Assembly: GCA_002376005.1 (NCBI GenBank)
Contig: DFNJ01000027.1
Coordinates: 8,587-72,586, forward strand
Origin: Firmicutes bacterium UBA3570
GTDB taxonomy: Bacteria; Bacillota; Sulfobacillia; UBA3561
Direction: 5' to 3'
DNA: 64,000 nt
The notes beneath the pieces are model-generated. The model did no database searches and was not told the DNA's origin. It worked only from the letters and a program-made list of their open reading frames with translations. The first letter of the stretch is position 1. The number at the start of each line of letters is the position of its first letter. Shown piece after piece: positions 38,962 to 48,158 of the stretch. The position numbers and the translations under genes are program-made.

Positions 38962-40518
38962 ATGCGCGTGGACATAGCGGAGAGGTTACGGGAGCTGGAA
39001 GAACGACGACGGCGGGTTCTGCAGGGGGGCGGGCCCGAACGCATCAAGAAGCAGCGGGAGGCGGGCAAGCGTACCGCCCGTGAGCGCCTCCAGGCACTCT
39101 TCGATGAGGGTAGCTTCGTGGAGTTCGACCAGTTCGTGTCGCATCGGTGCACGGAGTTCGGCATGGACCGGGTGGACGCTCCCGGTGAAGGGGTCATCAC
39201 CGGTTTCGGCACCATCGACGGGAGGCTGGTGTACGCCTTCGCCCAGGACTTCACCGTCATCGGCGGTACCCTGGGAGAGATGCATGCGCAGAAGATCTGC
39301 AAGGTGATGGACGCGGCCCTGAAGGCAGGGGTTCCCTTCATCGGCCTTAATGACTCGGGAGGGGCCCGGATCCAGGAGGGTGTGGATGCCCTGCACGGTT
39401 ACGGTAACATATTCTACCGCAATACCATGGCCTCGGGAGTGATCCCCCAGATCTCGGTGATCATGGGACCGTGCGCCGGAGGGGCGGTATATTCCCCGGC
39501 CCTGACCGACTTCGTGTTCATGGTGGACAAGATCTCACAGATGTTCATCACCGGACCTCAGGTCATCAAGGCGGTCACCGGCGAGGAGGTCACTCTGGAG
39601 GAGCTGGGCGGTGCGCGGACCCACAACCAGACCAGCGGGGTTGCCCATTTCTGGGCGCAGGATGAGGATCACTGCTTCCAGCTGATTCGCAAGCTGCTTT
39701 CCTACCTGCCCGACAACAACCTGGAGGATCCGCCGATGCTGCAGTGCGACGATCCTCCGGACCGTGCCGATGAGCAGCTGATCCACGCGGTACCCACCGA
39801 TCCGAACCGGCCTTACGAGGTGCGCGCCGTGATTCGGGCGGTGGTGGACCACGGTGATTTCTTCGAGGTCCAGGAACATTACGCCACCAACATGGTGGTG
39901 GGCTTCGCCCGGCTGGGTGGCAGGCCGGTGGGCATCCTGGCCAATCAGCCGCGGGTGCTGGCAGGGTGTCTGGATATCAACGCCTCCGACAAGGCGGCGC
40001 GGTTCGTCCGGTTCTGCGATGCCTTCAACATCCCCCTGGTCACCTTCGTGGACACCCCCGGTTATCTCCCGGGAACGGGTCAGGAGTACGGGGGCATTAT
40101 CCGGCATGGTGCCAAGTTGTTGTATGCCTACTCCGAGGCCAGCGTGCCCAAGCTCACCGTCATATTGCGAAAGGCGTACGGAGGAGCGTACATCGCCATG
40201 TGCGCGCGTTCCCTGGGCTGTGACTTCGCTCTTGCCTGGCCCACGGCGGAGATAGCGGTGATGGGACCGGAGGGAGCGGCCAACATCATATTCCGGCGGG
40301 AGATTCGCGACTCCGACGACCCCATCCGCACTCGCCAGGAGAAAGTCGCCGAGTACCGCGCTCGCTTTTGCAACCCGTACGTGGCGGCCGCCAGGGGATA
40401 CGTGGACGCGGTGATCGACCCCCGGGAAACGCGGGCCCGTCTCATTCAGGGTCTGGAGGGAATGATCACCAAGAAGGAGTCTCGGCCGGCAAAAAAGCAC
40501 GGCAATTTTCCGGTGTGA
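38962..40518 (+). CDS. mmdA: Methylmalonyl-CoA decarboxylase alpha (carboxyltransferase)
   Basis: [41 protein letters not shown]. Confidence 0.92.
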   Translation: MRVDIAERLRELEERRRRVLQGGGPERIKKQREAGKRTARERLQALFDEGSFVEFDQFVSHRCTEFGMDRVDAPGEGVITGFGTIDGRLVYAFAQDFTVIGGTLGEMHAQKICKVMDAALKAGVPFIGLNDSGGARIQEGVDALHGYGNIFYRNTMASGVIPQISVIMGPCAGGAVYSPALTDFVFMVDKISQMFITGPQVIKAVTGEEVTLEELGGARTHNQTSGVAHFWAQDEDHCFQLIRKLLSYLPDNNLEDPPMLQCDDPPDRADEQLIHAVPTDPNRPYEVRAVIRAVVDHGDFFEVQEHYATNMVVGFARLGGRPVGILANQPRVLAGCLDINASDKAARFVRFCDAFNIPLVTFVDTPGYLPGTGQEYGGIIRHGAKLLYAYSEASVPKLTVILRKAYGGAYIAMCARSLGCDFALAWPTAEIAVMGPEGAANIIFRREIRDSDDPIRTRQEKVAEYRARFCNPYVAAARGYVDAVIDPRETRARLIQGLEGMITKKESRPAKKHGNFPV

Positions 40519-40532
40519 GGGAGCGGGAGAGA

Positions 40533-40934
40533 GTGTCGTCGTACGTCACGGGCATGCAGGTCACCATTGTGGGTTTGGCTATGGTGTTTCTGGCCCTGGG
40601 GTTCATGGCCTTAAGTGTTTGTCTGCTGAGCTGGGCATTCCGCGGAAAGGTGGCGTCAGCTCGTGCCGCCCGGCCGCAGCTGGCGTCGGCGCCACGACAA
40701 CCCCCGTCGGCGCCCCAGGCGCCGCGTCACCTGCGTCCGGAGGTGGTAGCGGCCATCGTGGCAGCGGTGGCGGCCTACCGAGGGGAGAAGGTGCCCACGT
40801 TCCGCCTGCGGGCGGTGACGCCAGTTCGGCCCCGGCAGGTACTGACCCGGGGTCGGGGGTGGGTCATGGCGGGCAGACAGACACTGGTCAACCGTGCCCG
40901 CATATTGCAGGAGCGAAGGAGGACTCGGGATTGA
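40533..40934 (+). CDS. mmdD: Na+-decarboxylase delta subunit (OadG-like)
   Basis: N-terminal TM G...VF..L, Ala/Pro linker, [13 protein letters not shown]. Confidence 0.8.
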   Translation: MSSYVTGMQVTIVGLAMVFLALGFMALSVCLLSWAFRGKVASARAARPQLASAPRQPPSAPQAPRHLRPEVVAAIVAAVAAYRGEKVPTFRLRAVTPVRPRQVLTRGRGWVMAGRQTLVNRARILQERRRTRD

Positions 40935-41362
40935 TGAAGAGGTACCGGGTTGTCGTCAACGGCCAAGTCTTCGAGGTGGAAGTGGAAGAAATCTCCGACC
41001 AGCCATCGCCGGTTCGGGAGCGCACCGAGACACCTGCCACCACACCCGCGGAGCCACCGCCCAAGGAGGTAACTCGGGCGGAAACCGCCCGGGAGAAGGG
41101 GATTTCCGAGGCCGAAAGGGTGGAAGCAGGGCCCCGCCCTCCGGCGTCCGGTGAGACGGTCACCGCTCCCCTTCCCGGGGTGGTGCTGGATGTCCGGGTG
41201 ACCAAGGGGCAGTCGGTCCGGGCCGGCGACGTGCTGGTGATCCTGGAAGCCATGAAGATGGAAAACGAGATCGTGGCACCGGTGGCGGGAACGGTGGTGG
41301 AAGTCTACGCACAGAAAGGCAGCAGTGTTGATGCGGGGGATCCGCTGGTGGTCATTGCCTAG
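40934..41362 (+). CDS. mmdC: Biotin carboxyl carrier (gamma) subunit
   Basis: [27 protein letters not shown]. Confidence 0.92.
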   Translation: MKRYRVVVNGQVFEVEVEEISDQPSPVRERTETPATTPAEPPPKEVTRAETAREKGISEAERVEAGPRPPASGETVTAPLPGVVLDVRVTKGQSVRAGDVLVILEAMKMENEIVAPVAGTVVEVYAQKGSSVDAGDPLVVIA

Positions 41363-41379
41363 TTCGGGAGGGCTATGAG

Positions 41380-42513
41380 GTGTTGGGAGAGCAATTCGTG
41401 CGTTCGTTGCAGGAGACGGGACTGGCCGGCTTGACCTGGCAGCATGCGGCCATGATCGGCATTGGCTGCGTACTGATATACCTGGCCATCCGGAAGCGGT
41501 ACGAGCCTCTTCTGCTCTTGCCCATCGGTTTCGGCATCATCTTGGGCAATCTGCCCCTGGCCGGCTTGATGGATCCCCCGGCCGACGGGATGCCCGGCGG
41601 CTTGTTATATTACCTCTTCCGGGGGGTCAAGCTGGTGATCTACCCGCCATTGATATTCCTGGGCATCGGAGCCATGACCGATTTCGGCCCCCTGATTGCC
41701 GATCCCAAGGCAATGCTTCTGGGAGCGGCCGCTCAGGCGGGGATCTTCGCCGCCCTATGGGGGGCGCTACTGCTGGGATTCAGCCCCCAGGAGGCGGCGG
41801 CCATCGGGATCATCGGGGGAGCGGACGGACCCACCGCCATCTTCGTCACCAGCAAGCTGGCCCCCCACCTGCTCGGGCCCATCGCCATCGCCGCTTACTC
41901 CTACATCGCCCTGATTCCCCTCATACAGCCCCCCATCATCATGGCCCTCACCACCAAGGAGGAAAGGGCCATTTCCATGCGTCAGCTGCGCACGGTCTCC
42001 CGCACCGAGAAGATCCTGTTTCCCATCGTGGTCACCGTGCTGGCCGGTCTCCTGGTACCTCGGGCCATGGCCCTGATCGGGATGCTGATGCTCGGGAACC
42101 TGTTGCGCGAGAGCGGGGTGGTGACCCGTCTGGCGCGCACCGCTGAGACCCATCTCACCAACATAGTGACCATCTTTCTCACCCTGGCGGTGGGAGCCAG
42201 CACCCGGGCCGATCTGTTCTTCACGTGGCGAATGATCGGGCTTCTGCTCCTGGGGCTGGCGGCATTTGCCATCAGCACTGCGGCTGGCGTGCTGTTCGGC
42301 AAGCTGATGTGCAGACTGACCGGAGGACGGGTGAATCCCCTCATCGGCGCGGCGGGGGTGTCGGCGGTCCCCGCCGCAGCCCGGCTGGCCCAGAAGCTGG
42401 GGCAAAAGGCCGATCCGGGCAATTTCCTTCTCATGCACGCCATGGGCCCCAACGTGGCGGGAGTGATAGGATCGGCAGTGGCAGCGGGGATTCTGCTGGC
42501 CATGCTCGGCTGA
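41380..42513 (+). CDS. mmdB: Na+-translocating decarboxylase beta subunit
   Basis: EPLLLLPIGFG, GAMTDFGP, IGIIGGADGPT, GVSAVP, HAMGPNVAGVIGS. Confidence 0.95.
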   Translation: MLGEQFVRSLQETGLAGLTWQHAAMIGIGCVLIYLAIRKRYEPLLLLPIGFGIILGNLPLAGLMDPPADGMPGGLLYYLFRGVKLVIYPPLIFLGIGAMTDFGPLIADPKAMLLGAAAQAGIFAALWGALLLGFSPQEAAAIGIIGGADGPTAIFVTSKLAPHLLGPIAIAAYSYIALIPLIQPPIIMALTTKEERAISMRQLRTVSRTEKILFPIVVTVLAGLLVPRAMALIGMLMLGNLLRESGVVTRLARTAETHLTNIVTIFLTLAVGASTRADLFFTWRMIGLLLLGLAAFAISTAAGVLFGKLMCRLTGGRVNPLIGAAGVSAVPAAARLAQKLGQKADPGNFLLMHAMGPNVAGVIGSAVAAGILLAMLG

Positions 42514-42582
42514 GGGATCTGGGGGGATAATAACGGGTGGGGGAGAGGTGCCCATCTCTCCTGGAGCCTACGGCGGGGAAGG

Positions 42583-43626
42583 ATGAGTTGCTTGCAGAAG
42601 CTGCGCGCGGGGCCGCTGGCTTTGTTATTTTGGCTGATCGCGTTTCGCGGCTTGCTGGTATGGTTGCCAGCACCTGCCTGGCCGGGAACCATGGATGCTT
42701 TCCCCCTGCTGGCCCATTACGAGAACGGATGGGACGATTCGTTTCCCAGCTCCTGGCCAGCCCTCAAGGCCCGCTGGCGGCACATCGATGTGCTGTCTCC
42801 GTTGTGGTATTCGGTGGATGGGGAGGGGCGGGTGAGTGATGTGCGGTTTCGGCCCGAGGTCATGGAGTTCTGTCGGGTGCGCGGCATTCCGGTGATGCCT
42901 CTGGTCACCGCCCCGCCCGCCGCGTCGGAGCCACGCAGCTTCCTCAGCAGCACCGAGGCCACGCGGCGCGCCCTGGCGGCATTGGGTGCTCTGGTGCGGC
43001 GGCATGGTTACGGCGGACTGGTGGTGGCCTTCGGGAAAGTCTCCCCGCAGGAACGGGAGGAGTTTGCCCGGTTTGTCGTCGATCTGCGGGAGAGGCTCCG
43101 GGTCTCGGGCCGGCGGCTATGGGTCTACCTGCCGGACGCCCACTCCATCCAGGAATGGCCCCCGGAGCTCTTTGACCGGCTGGCCACGGCGGCCGAGCGG
43201 CTGGTGATTCCCGCGTACGATCGGCACAACCTGCACACGGGACCGGGCCCGGTGGCTCCCGCGCCGTGGGTTAGGGAGCTGGTGCGGGAAATTGCAGCAC
43301 ACGTGCCGACCCGCCAACTGGTGTTGGGATTGGGTGCATTCGGGTACGAATGGCCTGCCCAGGCGGGGGCGGGCAAGGCGGAGTACGTGTCCACCAACGA
43401 GGCCAGGGCGCGCGCCGACCAGCAAGGCGTCAGCCCGGAACGGGACCCAGAGAGCGGGGAGATGCACTACCGGTACCGCCGGGACGGACTGCCCCGGGAA
43501 GTATGGTACCAGGACGAGGTCAGCTTGCGGTTGCTCATCGGCCTGGCGCGGGAGGAGGGTCTGGGTGGGGTGGCCTATTGGCGGTTGGGATTTGGCGGCG
43601 ATGCCCTGTGGGAGGAACCTGAGTAG
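42583..43626 (+). CDS. GH18 chitinase-like protein lacking the catalytic acids (secreted)
   Basis: Signal-like N-terminus; SP.WY, AYD, PGPVAP..W, LGL..FGYEW, GLGGVAYWRLG. The DxxDxDxE position reads GYGGLVVAFG. Confidence 0.8.
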   Translation: MSCLQKLRAGPLALLFWLIAFRGLLVWLPAPAWPGTMDAFPLLAHYENGWDDSFPSSWPALKARWRHIDVLSPLWYSVDGEGRVSDVRFRPEVMEFCRVRGIPVMPLVTAPPAASEPRSFLSSTEATRRALAALGALVRRHGYGGLVVAFGKVSPQEREEFARFVVDLRERLRVSGRRLWVYLPDAHSIQEWPPELFDRLATAAERLVIPAYDRHNLHTGPGPVAPAPWVRELVREIAAHVPTRQLVLGLGAFGYEWPAQAGAGKAEYVSTNEARARADQQGVSPERDPESGEMHYRYRRDGLPREVWYQDEVSLRLLIGLAREEGLGGVAYWRLGFGGDALWEEPE

Positions 43627-43681
43627 GGAGGAATCGGCCTAAGGGCGGTGGAAATACTTGGGCAAGACAGGGGGGGTTCCC

Positions 43682-44029
43682 GTGAAGGCGTTGAATTTCT
43701 ACTCGTCAGTCTATCACGCCAACCTGCTGGTGGGTCGCAAGTACTGCACCATCCGCCTGGGCGACAAGACGTGCAAGTACCGCGAGGGTGACCTGGTGTG
43801 GGTGACCCACGGAGACCGGTTCTCGAAGCGCAAGCGCATCTTCACCGCCGTGCTTGATCGGGTGGAGGCCAAACCGCTGCGGGAGCTGAGTCGCCGCGAC
43901 CTGGAGGGGGAGAACCCCGACATGCGCACGGTGGAGGATGCCCGGGAATTCCTGGAGGAGATTTACCGACGGAAAGTGAGCCTGGACGATACGGTAACCG
44001 TGGTGTACTTCAGCGAAGTTGAGGAATGA
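43682..44029 (+). CDS. ASCH/PUA-like domain protein
   Basis: LNFYS, G.K.CTIRLG, VTVVYF. Confidence 0.75.
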   Translation: MKALNFYSSVYHANLLVGRKYCTIRLGDKTCKYREGDLVWVTHGDRFSKRKRIFTAVLDRVEAKPLRELSRRDLEGENPDMRTVEDAREFLEEIYRRKVSLDDTVTVVYFSEVEE

Positions 44030-44072
44030 GGCTTTCCATTACCCTCGCACGAGGATCGACGGAGCGTACCGA

Positions 44073-44669
44073 TTGTCTGATACCCCGTCCACCAAGGAAG
44101 CCATACGCCAGCTGGCCTTGAGGAACCGGCGAGCCATGCCGTCCGAGGAGCGCCGGCGGCGCAGCCGGAGGATTGTGGAGCGGCTATTTGCCACCGCCGA
44201 ATTCCGGTCTGCAGCCAGCGTGGCCTTTTATGCTTCCTGGAAGAGCGAAGTTGCCACCCACGAGGCCATTCGCCGCGCCCTGGCCGAAGGCAAGCGGGTC
44301 TGGCTGCCCAAGGTGGCTACCGCTCCCCGGCGGCTGCTGTTGGCCCCCATCAGCGATCCCGACCGGGAGCTGCGTCCCGGGGCCTACGGGATCCTTGAAC
44401 CCCCACCAGAGCGTGCGGTTGAGGTGGTCCAGGCGCAGGTGGACCTGGTGGTGGTGCCGGGAGTGGCCTTCGGGGAGCATGGGGAGAGGCTGGGATACGG
44501 ACAAGGGTACTACGACCGCCTCCTGGCCCAGCTGCCTGACCGAGTGGTGACCGTGGGTCTCGCCTTCGAAGTACAGGTCTTTCCCTGCCTGCCGCAGGAT
44601 CCCCACGACGTGCCGGTCCAGCTGATCATCACCGAAGAGAGGATTCTCCGCTACCGGCCCGGCACGTAA
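44073..44669 (+). CDS. 5-formyltetrahydrofolate cyclo-ligase
   Basis: K..IR, EV.T, GAYGILEP, VPGVAF...G.RLGYG.GYYDR, HDVP...IITE. Confidence 0.94.
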   Translation: MSDTPSTKEAIRQLALRNRRAMPSEERRRRSRRIVERLFATAEFRSAASVAFYASWKSEVATHEAIRRALAEGKRVWLPKVATAPRRLLLAPISDPDRELRPGAYGILEPPPERAVEVVQAQVDLVVVPGVAFGEHGERLGYGQGYYDRLLAQLPDRVVTVGLAFEVQVFPCLPQDPHDVPVQLIITEERILRYRPGT

Positions 44670-44773
44670 GCCGAGTGACGGGTTGCTCATCTCGATCCTT
44701 CCTCAATGACTTCCCCTTTTCTGCCTTTGGAAGACGCCAGATCAGAATCATGTTTACGTTTTTGATTTGGGAC

Positions 44774-44802
44774 TTGACATTGCTACCCCCTCACTTTATA
44801 AT
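44774..44802 (+). promoter_or_regulatory. Perfect sigma-A promoter
   Basis: TTGACA-N17-TATAAT with an AT-rich upstream tract. Confidence 0.88.
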
Positions 44803-44848
44803 CTCTCACAGAGGCCTCGATAGATTTGAATTAAGGGAGGCAAAGTAG

Positions 44849-45082
44849 ATGGAGTACATACTGGTGGAGCATGACGGTCACTTGCCGCAGGAACTCCTGC
44901 GGCTGATCCGGGAGACCCCGGGGGTTCGGCTCAAGGGACAGCGGCCGCTGGAGCTGTACAACCACGGACCCCAAGAGTTCCTGCCCCTGTTGCTGGGGGC
45001 TCTATCCCGGCACGGCATGGGAAGCACGCGAGTATACCTCCGGCGCGGTCCGGTTGCTTCCCTAACGGTCGCGGAGGCGTGA
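44849..45082 (+). CDS. Small hypothetical protein (77 aa)
   Basis: GGGAGG SD, first ORF after the consensus promoter; loosely DUF4162-like. Confidence 0.65.
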   Translation: MEYILVEHDGHLPQELLRLIRETPGVRLKGQRPLELYNHGPQEFLPLLLGALSRHGMGSTRVYLRRGPVASLTVAEA

Positions 45083-45106
45083 AGCAAAGAGGAGGAGGTG
45101 AGGTGG

Positions 45107-45493
45107 GTGGATGCGAGGCCAGTGCTGGGGAAGTGTCCGGTGTGCGACGAGAAGATGGTGATCAGCAGGCTGACCTGCCCCCATTGTGGGACGGCGGTAG
45201 AGGGCCGGTTTCAGAGCTGCAAGTTCTGCGCCCTCACCCCGCAACAGCGGGATATGGTGGAAATCTTCCTCAAGGTGCGGGGCAACATCAAGGAGGTGGA
45301 GCGCGAGCTGGGGATCTCCTATCCCACGGTGCGGAACCGCTTGGAGGATATCGTGCGCAGCCTGGGGTATCGGCTGGCGCCCGCTCCCGAGGAAGAACGC
45401 CTGGCGGCCAAGCGCAAGGAGGTACTGGACGCCTTGTCGGCGGGAGAGATCACCGCCGAGGAAGCGGCCAAGCGCCTGCGTTCTCTGAGGTGA
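45107..45493 (+). CDS. DUF2089 zinc-ribbon/HTH protein
   Basis: CPVC..C..C.T..EG.F, RGNIKEVERELGISYPTVR.RL, C-terminal SHOCT-like helix. Confidence 0.9.
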   Translation: MDARPVLGKCPVCDEKMVISRLTCPHCGTAVEGRFQSCKFCALTPQQRDMVEIFLKVRGNIKEVERELGISYPTVRNRLEDIVRSLGYRLAPAPEEERLAAKRKEVLDALSAGEITAEEAAKRLRSLR

Positions 45494-45528
45494 CCTAGTT
45501 GAGCCCATTTCAGAAGGAGGGAACCACA

Positions 45529-46509
45529 ATGCAGGAGGAGCGGCGCATGGTTCTGGAGATGCTCCAGCAGGGGAAGATCACTGCCGAGCAAGCGGCAGAA
45601 CTGCTGCGGGCTCTCGAGGGCAGCGCCTCGCGGCAGAGCGAGGCCGAAGTCAGTGAAACCCGCCAGACCCTGAAGACGGTGATCCAGGGGCTGGATCTAT
45701 CCGGGCTGTTCTCTTCCCTGGTGGGTTCAGGACATCGGTTCGAGGAGGTCCGGGAGGGCGAGCTGGAGCCGGTGGACGGCGTGGTGCAGGTGCGCGTGCG
45801 GACCCGGAACGGCACCGTGCGCATGTCGGGCTGGGACGAACCCGGTTACCGCGCGGTGTTGAAAAAGTCGGTGCGTGCCCCCTCGCGGGAAGAGGCGGAA
45901 GACCGGGCGGCCGGGATGGTGAAGCTGGAGACCGCCCCTGGCGAACTCACGGTGGAGACGGAAGAGGATTGGCCGGGGGGCGGGGTTTCCGTATACCTGT
46001 ATTTGCCCCGGAGCCTTCAGTATCGGGTGGATGCCCGTACGGCCAACGGCAGCGTGCAGCTGGCAGATTTGCGGTGCCAGCAGGTGAACGTCCACACCGC
46101 CAACGGCAAGGTGGCGCTGGAGATGTGCGAGGGGAACAGCGCGGAGCTTCATACCTCCAACGGTTCCATCCGGGTGGAGTCAGCATTTGCATCCGTGCTG
46201 GCCCGCACTTCCAACGGATCCATCCGGGTGGAGGTGGTGCCTTCCGAGGAAGGGCACTATGATTTGACCACCAGCAACGGGAGCATCAAGGTGCATGCTC
46301 AGCAGCACCCGGATCTGGCCTACGAGGTGGACGCTGAGACCACCATGGGGAAGGTGTCGGTGGATCTGCCGGACATGGTCGCCACGGTGCGGGAGCGAAC
46401 CTGGGGACGCTCCAGCTATCGGGGCAAATCCCGGCAATACGAGACCGCGTCGCGCAAGGTGACCATCAAGGCGCGGACCACCAACGGCAGCATCAGGGTG
46501 TTTACCTAA
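45529..46509 (+). CDS. DUF4097 (LiaX/YvlB-like) beta-repeat protein with N-terminal SHOCT-like helix
   Basis: ERR.VL.ML..GKIT.EQA..LL.AL; repeated T.NG(S/K)(I/V) units. Confidence 0.85.
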   Translation: MQEERRMVLEMLQQGKITAEQAAELLRALEGSASRQSEAEVSETRQTLKTVIQGLDLSGLFSSLVGSGHRFEEVREGELEPVDGVVQVRVRTRNGTVRMSGWDEPGYRAVLKKSVRAPSREEAEDRAAGMVKLETAPGELTVETEEDWPGGGVSVYLYLPRSLQYRVDARTANGSVQLADLRCQQVNVHTANGKVALEMCEGNSAELHTSNGSIRVESAFASVLARTSNGSIRVEVVPSEEGHYDLTTSNGSIKVHAQQHPDLAYEVDAETTMGKVSVDLPDMVATVRERTWGRSSYRGKSRQYETASRKVTIKARTTNGSIRVFT

Positions 46510-46533
46510 AGACAGGAGAGGAGGAGATCCTGC

Positions 46534-46899
46534 GTGGACGAGGAGGAGAGACTCAGGATCCTGAAGATGGTTCAGGAGGGCAAGGTGACGGTGGAGGAGG
46601 CCGTCAAGCTGCTGGAGGCTCTGGAGGCGCCCGTGCAAGAGTCGGCGGGACGGCAGGCCAAGTGGCTGCGGATAAGGGTCTGGGAGTCCGGTGCGCAGAA
46701 GGTGGCCGTGAATCTCCCCCTCGGCCTGGTGGACTGGGCGCTGAGGCTGATTCCCAGGCGACTGCTGCAGATCGAGACGGAGGAGGGAAAGACGCAGATC
46801 GACCCTGCCGAGCTGGCCAGGATCATCCGCCAGGGCGTGCCCGGCAAGCTGGTCGAAGTGACTGATGGGGATGATCGGGTGGAGATAGTCATCGAGTGA
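46534..46899 (+). CDS. SHOCT-like domain protein
   Basis: ERLRILKMV.EGKVT.EEA.KLLEAL, WLRIRV, VNLPL, D.VEI.IE. Confidence 0.8.
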   Translation: MDEEERLRILKMVQEGKVTVEEAVKLLEALEAPVQESAGRQAKWLRIRVWESGAQKVAVNLPLGLVDWALRLIPRRLLQIETEEGKTQIDPAELARIIRQGVPGKLVEVTDGDDRVEIVIE

Positions 46900-46904
46900 G
46901 CGAA

Positions 46905-46943
46905 AGGGCCGGGGGATGGAGATCGTTCTCCGGCCCTCCTTTC
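46905..46943 (+). terminator. Intrinsic terminator-like hairpin
   Basis: AGGGCCGGGGGA / TTCTCCGGCCCT stem followed by a pyrimidine tract. Confidence 0.55.
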
Positions 46944-47022
46944 CCCTTCGGTTACCCCTGGAGGGGGGCGCCGAAGGTGTTTGCCGATTTGCGTCAAAAG
47001 CTACCGCCGGGAGGCAGATGAC

Positions 47023-47982
47023 GTGCGCACCGTTCTGGCTATCGACGGAGGGGGGACGCGGACCCGCGCATGGCTTTATGACCGATCCTCCCGCCAGGTT
47101 CACGACGGCTATGGGGGGCCGGCCAACGCCCGCCTGGGCCACCCCTGGGCCTTTCGTTCTTCGCTGACCACGGCGGTTCGCGGGTGCCTTGCCAGCTGGG
47201 GCGCGCCGTTGCCGGCGAGGGTGGACTGCGTGGTGTGGGCCATGCCCGCCCCCGCCGACCTGGTGAGAAGATGCTTGAGCGCCCTGGTTCAGGCTGACCA
47301 CTGGCTTTCGGCCACCGAGGTGGATTTCGCGCTCATGGCGGGCCTGGGAGAGCGGGAAGGAGCCGCGGTGGTGGCCGGTACGGGGGTGCTGGCGGGTCGG
47401 CGAGATTCGGCGGGCGGGTGGTATCGCAGCGACGGTTGGGGACCGCTGATGGGGGACGAAGGCGGGGGATACTGGATAGGACAGGAGGCGTTGCGGGCAG
47501 TGGCAAGGGCTCGCGACGGACGGGGGCCGGCCACCGTCATGCTGCGCCTGTTGCTGGAGCGGGCGCAGGTTGGCGACCTCCGCCAGCTGATCCCCGTGCT
47601 TTACGCCGGCCGGCTACCGCAGGCTTTCGTGGCCTCCCTGGCGGTGATGGTCAGTCGGGCGGCAGCTGGGGGAGACGGGGTCGCCGCCCGGATCCTGCGC
47701 CGGGCCGGGCGGAGGCTGGCGGCGGCACTGGCATCGGTGGCCAGCGATGCTGGCGGCCGACTGTTGACCGCCCGCGCCACGTACGCAGGAGGGGTGTTCC
47801 GCTGCCCGCTGGTGCGCGAGACCTTCGTGAGATGCGTGTCCAGGAGGATCCCCGGGTTGAGTTTGGTATGCCCTAGCCTGCCTCCGGTGGCGGGAGGCAT
47901 CCTGCTGGCGGTATCGGGATCTCCCGAGGTATGGGAAGATCTGCGCCGGGCCTGGGTCCGCATCCGAAGTTGCCATCCGTAA
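47023..47982 (+). CDS. BadF/BcrAD-family ATPase, N-acetylglucosamine kinase-like
   Basis: IDGGGTRT, G.AN, VAGTG, GWGPLMGDEGGGYWIG. Confidence 0.85.
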   Translation: MRTVLAIDGGGTRTRAWLYDRSSRQVHDGYGGPANARLGHPWAFRSSLTTAVRGCLASWGAPLPARVDCVVWAMPAPADLVRRCLSALVQADHWLSATEVDFALMAGLGEREGAAVVAGTGVLAGRRDSAGGWYRSDGWGPLMGDEGGGYWIGQEALRAVARARDGRGPATVMLRLLLERAQVGDLRQLIPVLYAGRLPQAFVASLAVMVSRAAAGGDGVAARILRRAGRRLAAALASVASDAGGRLLTARATYAGGVFRCPLVRETFVRCVSRRIPGLSLVCPSLPPVAGGILLAVSGSPEVWEDLRRAWVRIRSCHP

Positions 47983-47992
47983 GCTCCTCACC

Positions 47993-48023
47993 CCAGCCCA
48001 ACCCTTCCTCGGGCTGGTGTTTT
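47993..48023 (+). terminator. Intrinsic terminator-like hairpin
   Basis: CCAGCCC / GGGCTGG stem followed by TGTTTT. Confidence 0.5.
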
Positions 48024-48079
48024 ATCACTCAGCAGTTCCTCAGTTAGAACCTTCATGAAAATTTTTGAGCTTCAGAAGC

Positions 48080-48104
48080 AGGAATTGACCGCTGCGGGGA
48101 GAAT
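48080..48104 (+). promoter_or_regulatory. sigma-H-like promoter of the dcw cluster
   Basis: AGGAATT-N14-GAAT. Confidence 0.65.
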
Positions 48105-48118
48105 ATAGTCTGGCACCG

Positions 48119-48144
48119 GTGGGGAAAAGTGGGGAAAAGTGGGG
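48119..48144 (+). promoter_or_regulatory. MraZ-binding repeats
   Basis: Three GTGGGG boxes at 10-bp spacing (GTGGGGAAAA x2 + GTGGGG) just upstream of mraZ. Confidence 0.88.
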
Positions 48145-48158
48145 GACCGGCGACGGCC

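Noticed and set aside
44030..44072. 6S RNA upstream of the 5-FCL gene (common ssrS-ygfA linkage)
   Set aside because: Only ~43 nt are available, whereas 6S RNA needs ~180 nt.
46040..46500. Repeated CCAACGG..CATC DNA motifs as a CRISPR-like array
   Set aside because: They encode the T.NGS.I beta-repeats of the DUF4097 protein; spacing is in frame and there are no cas genes.
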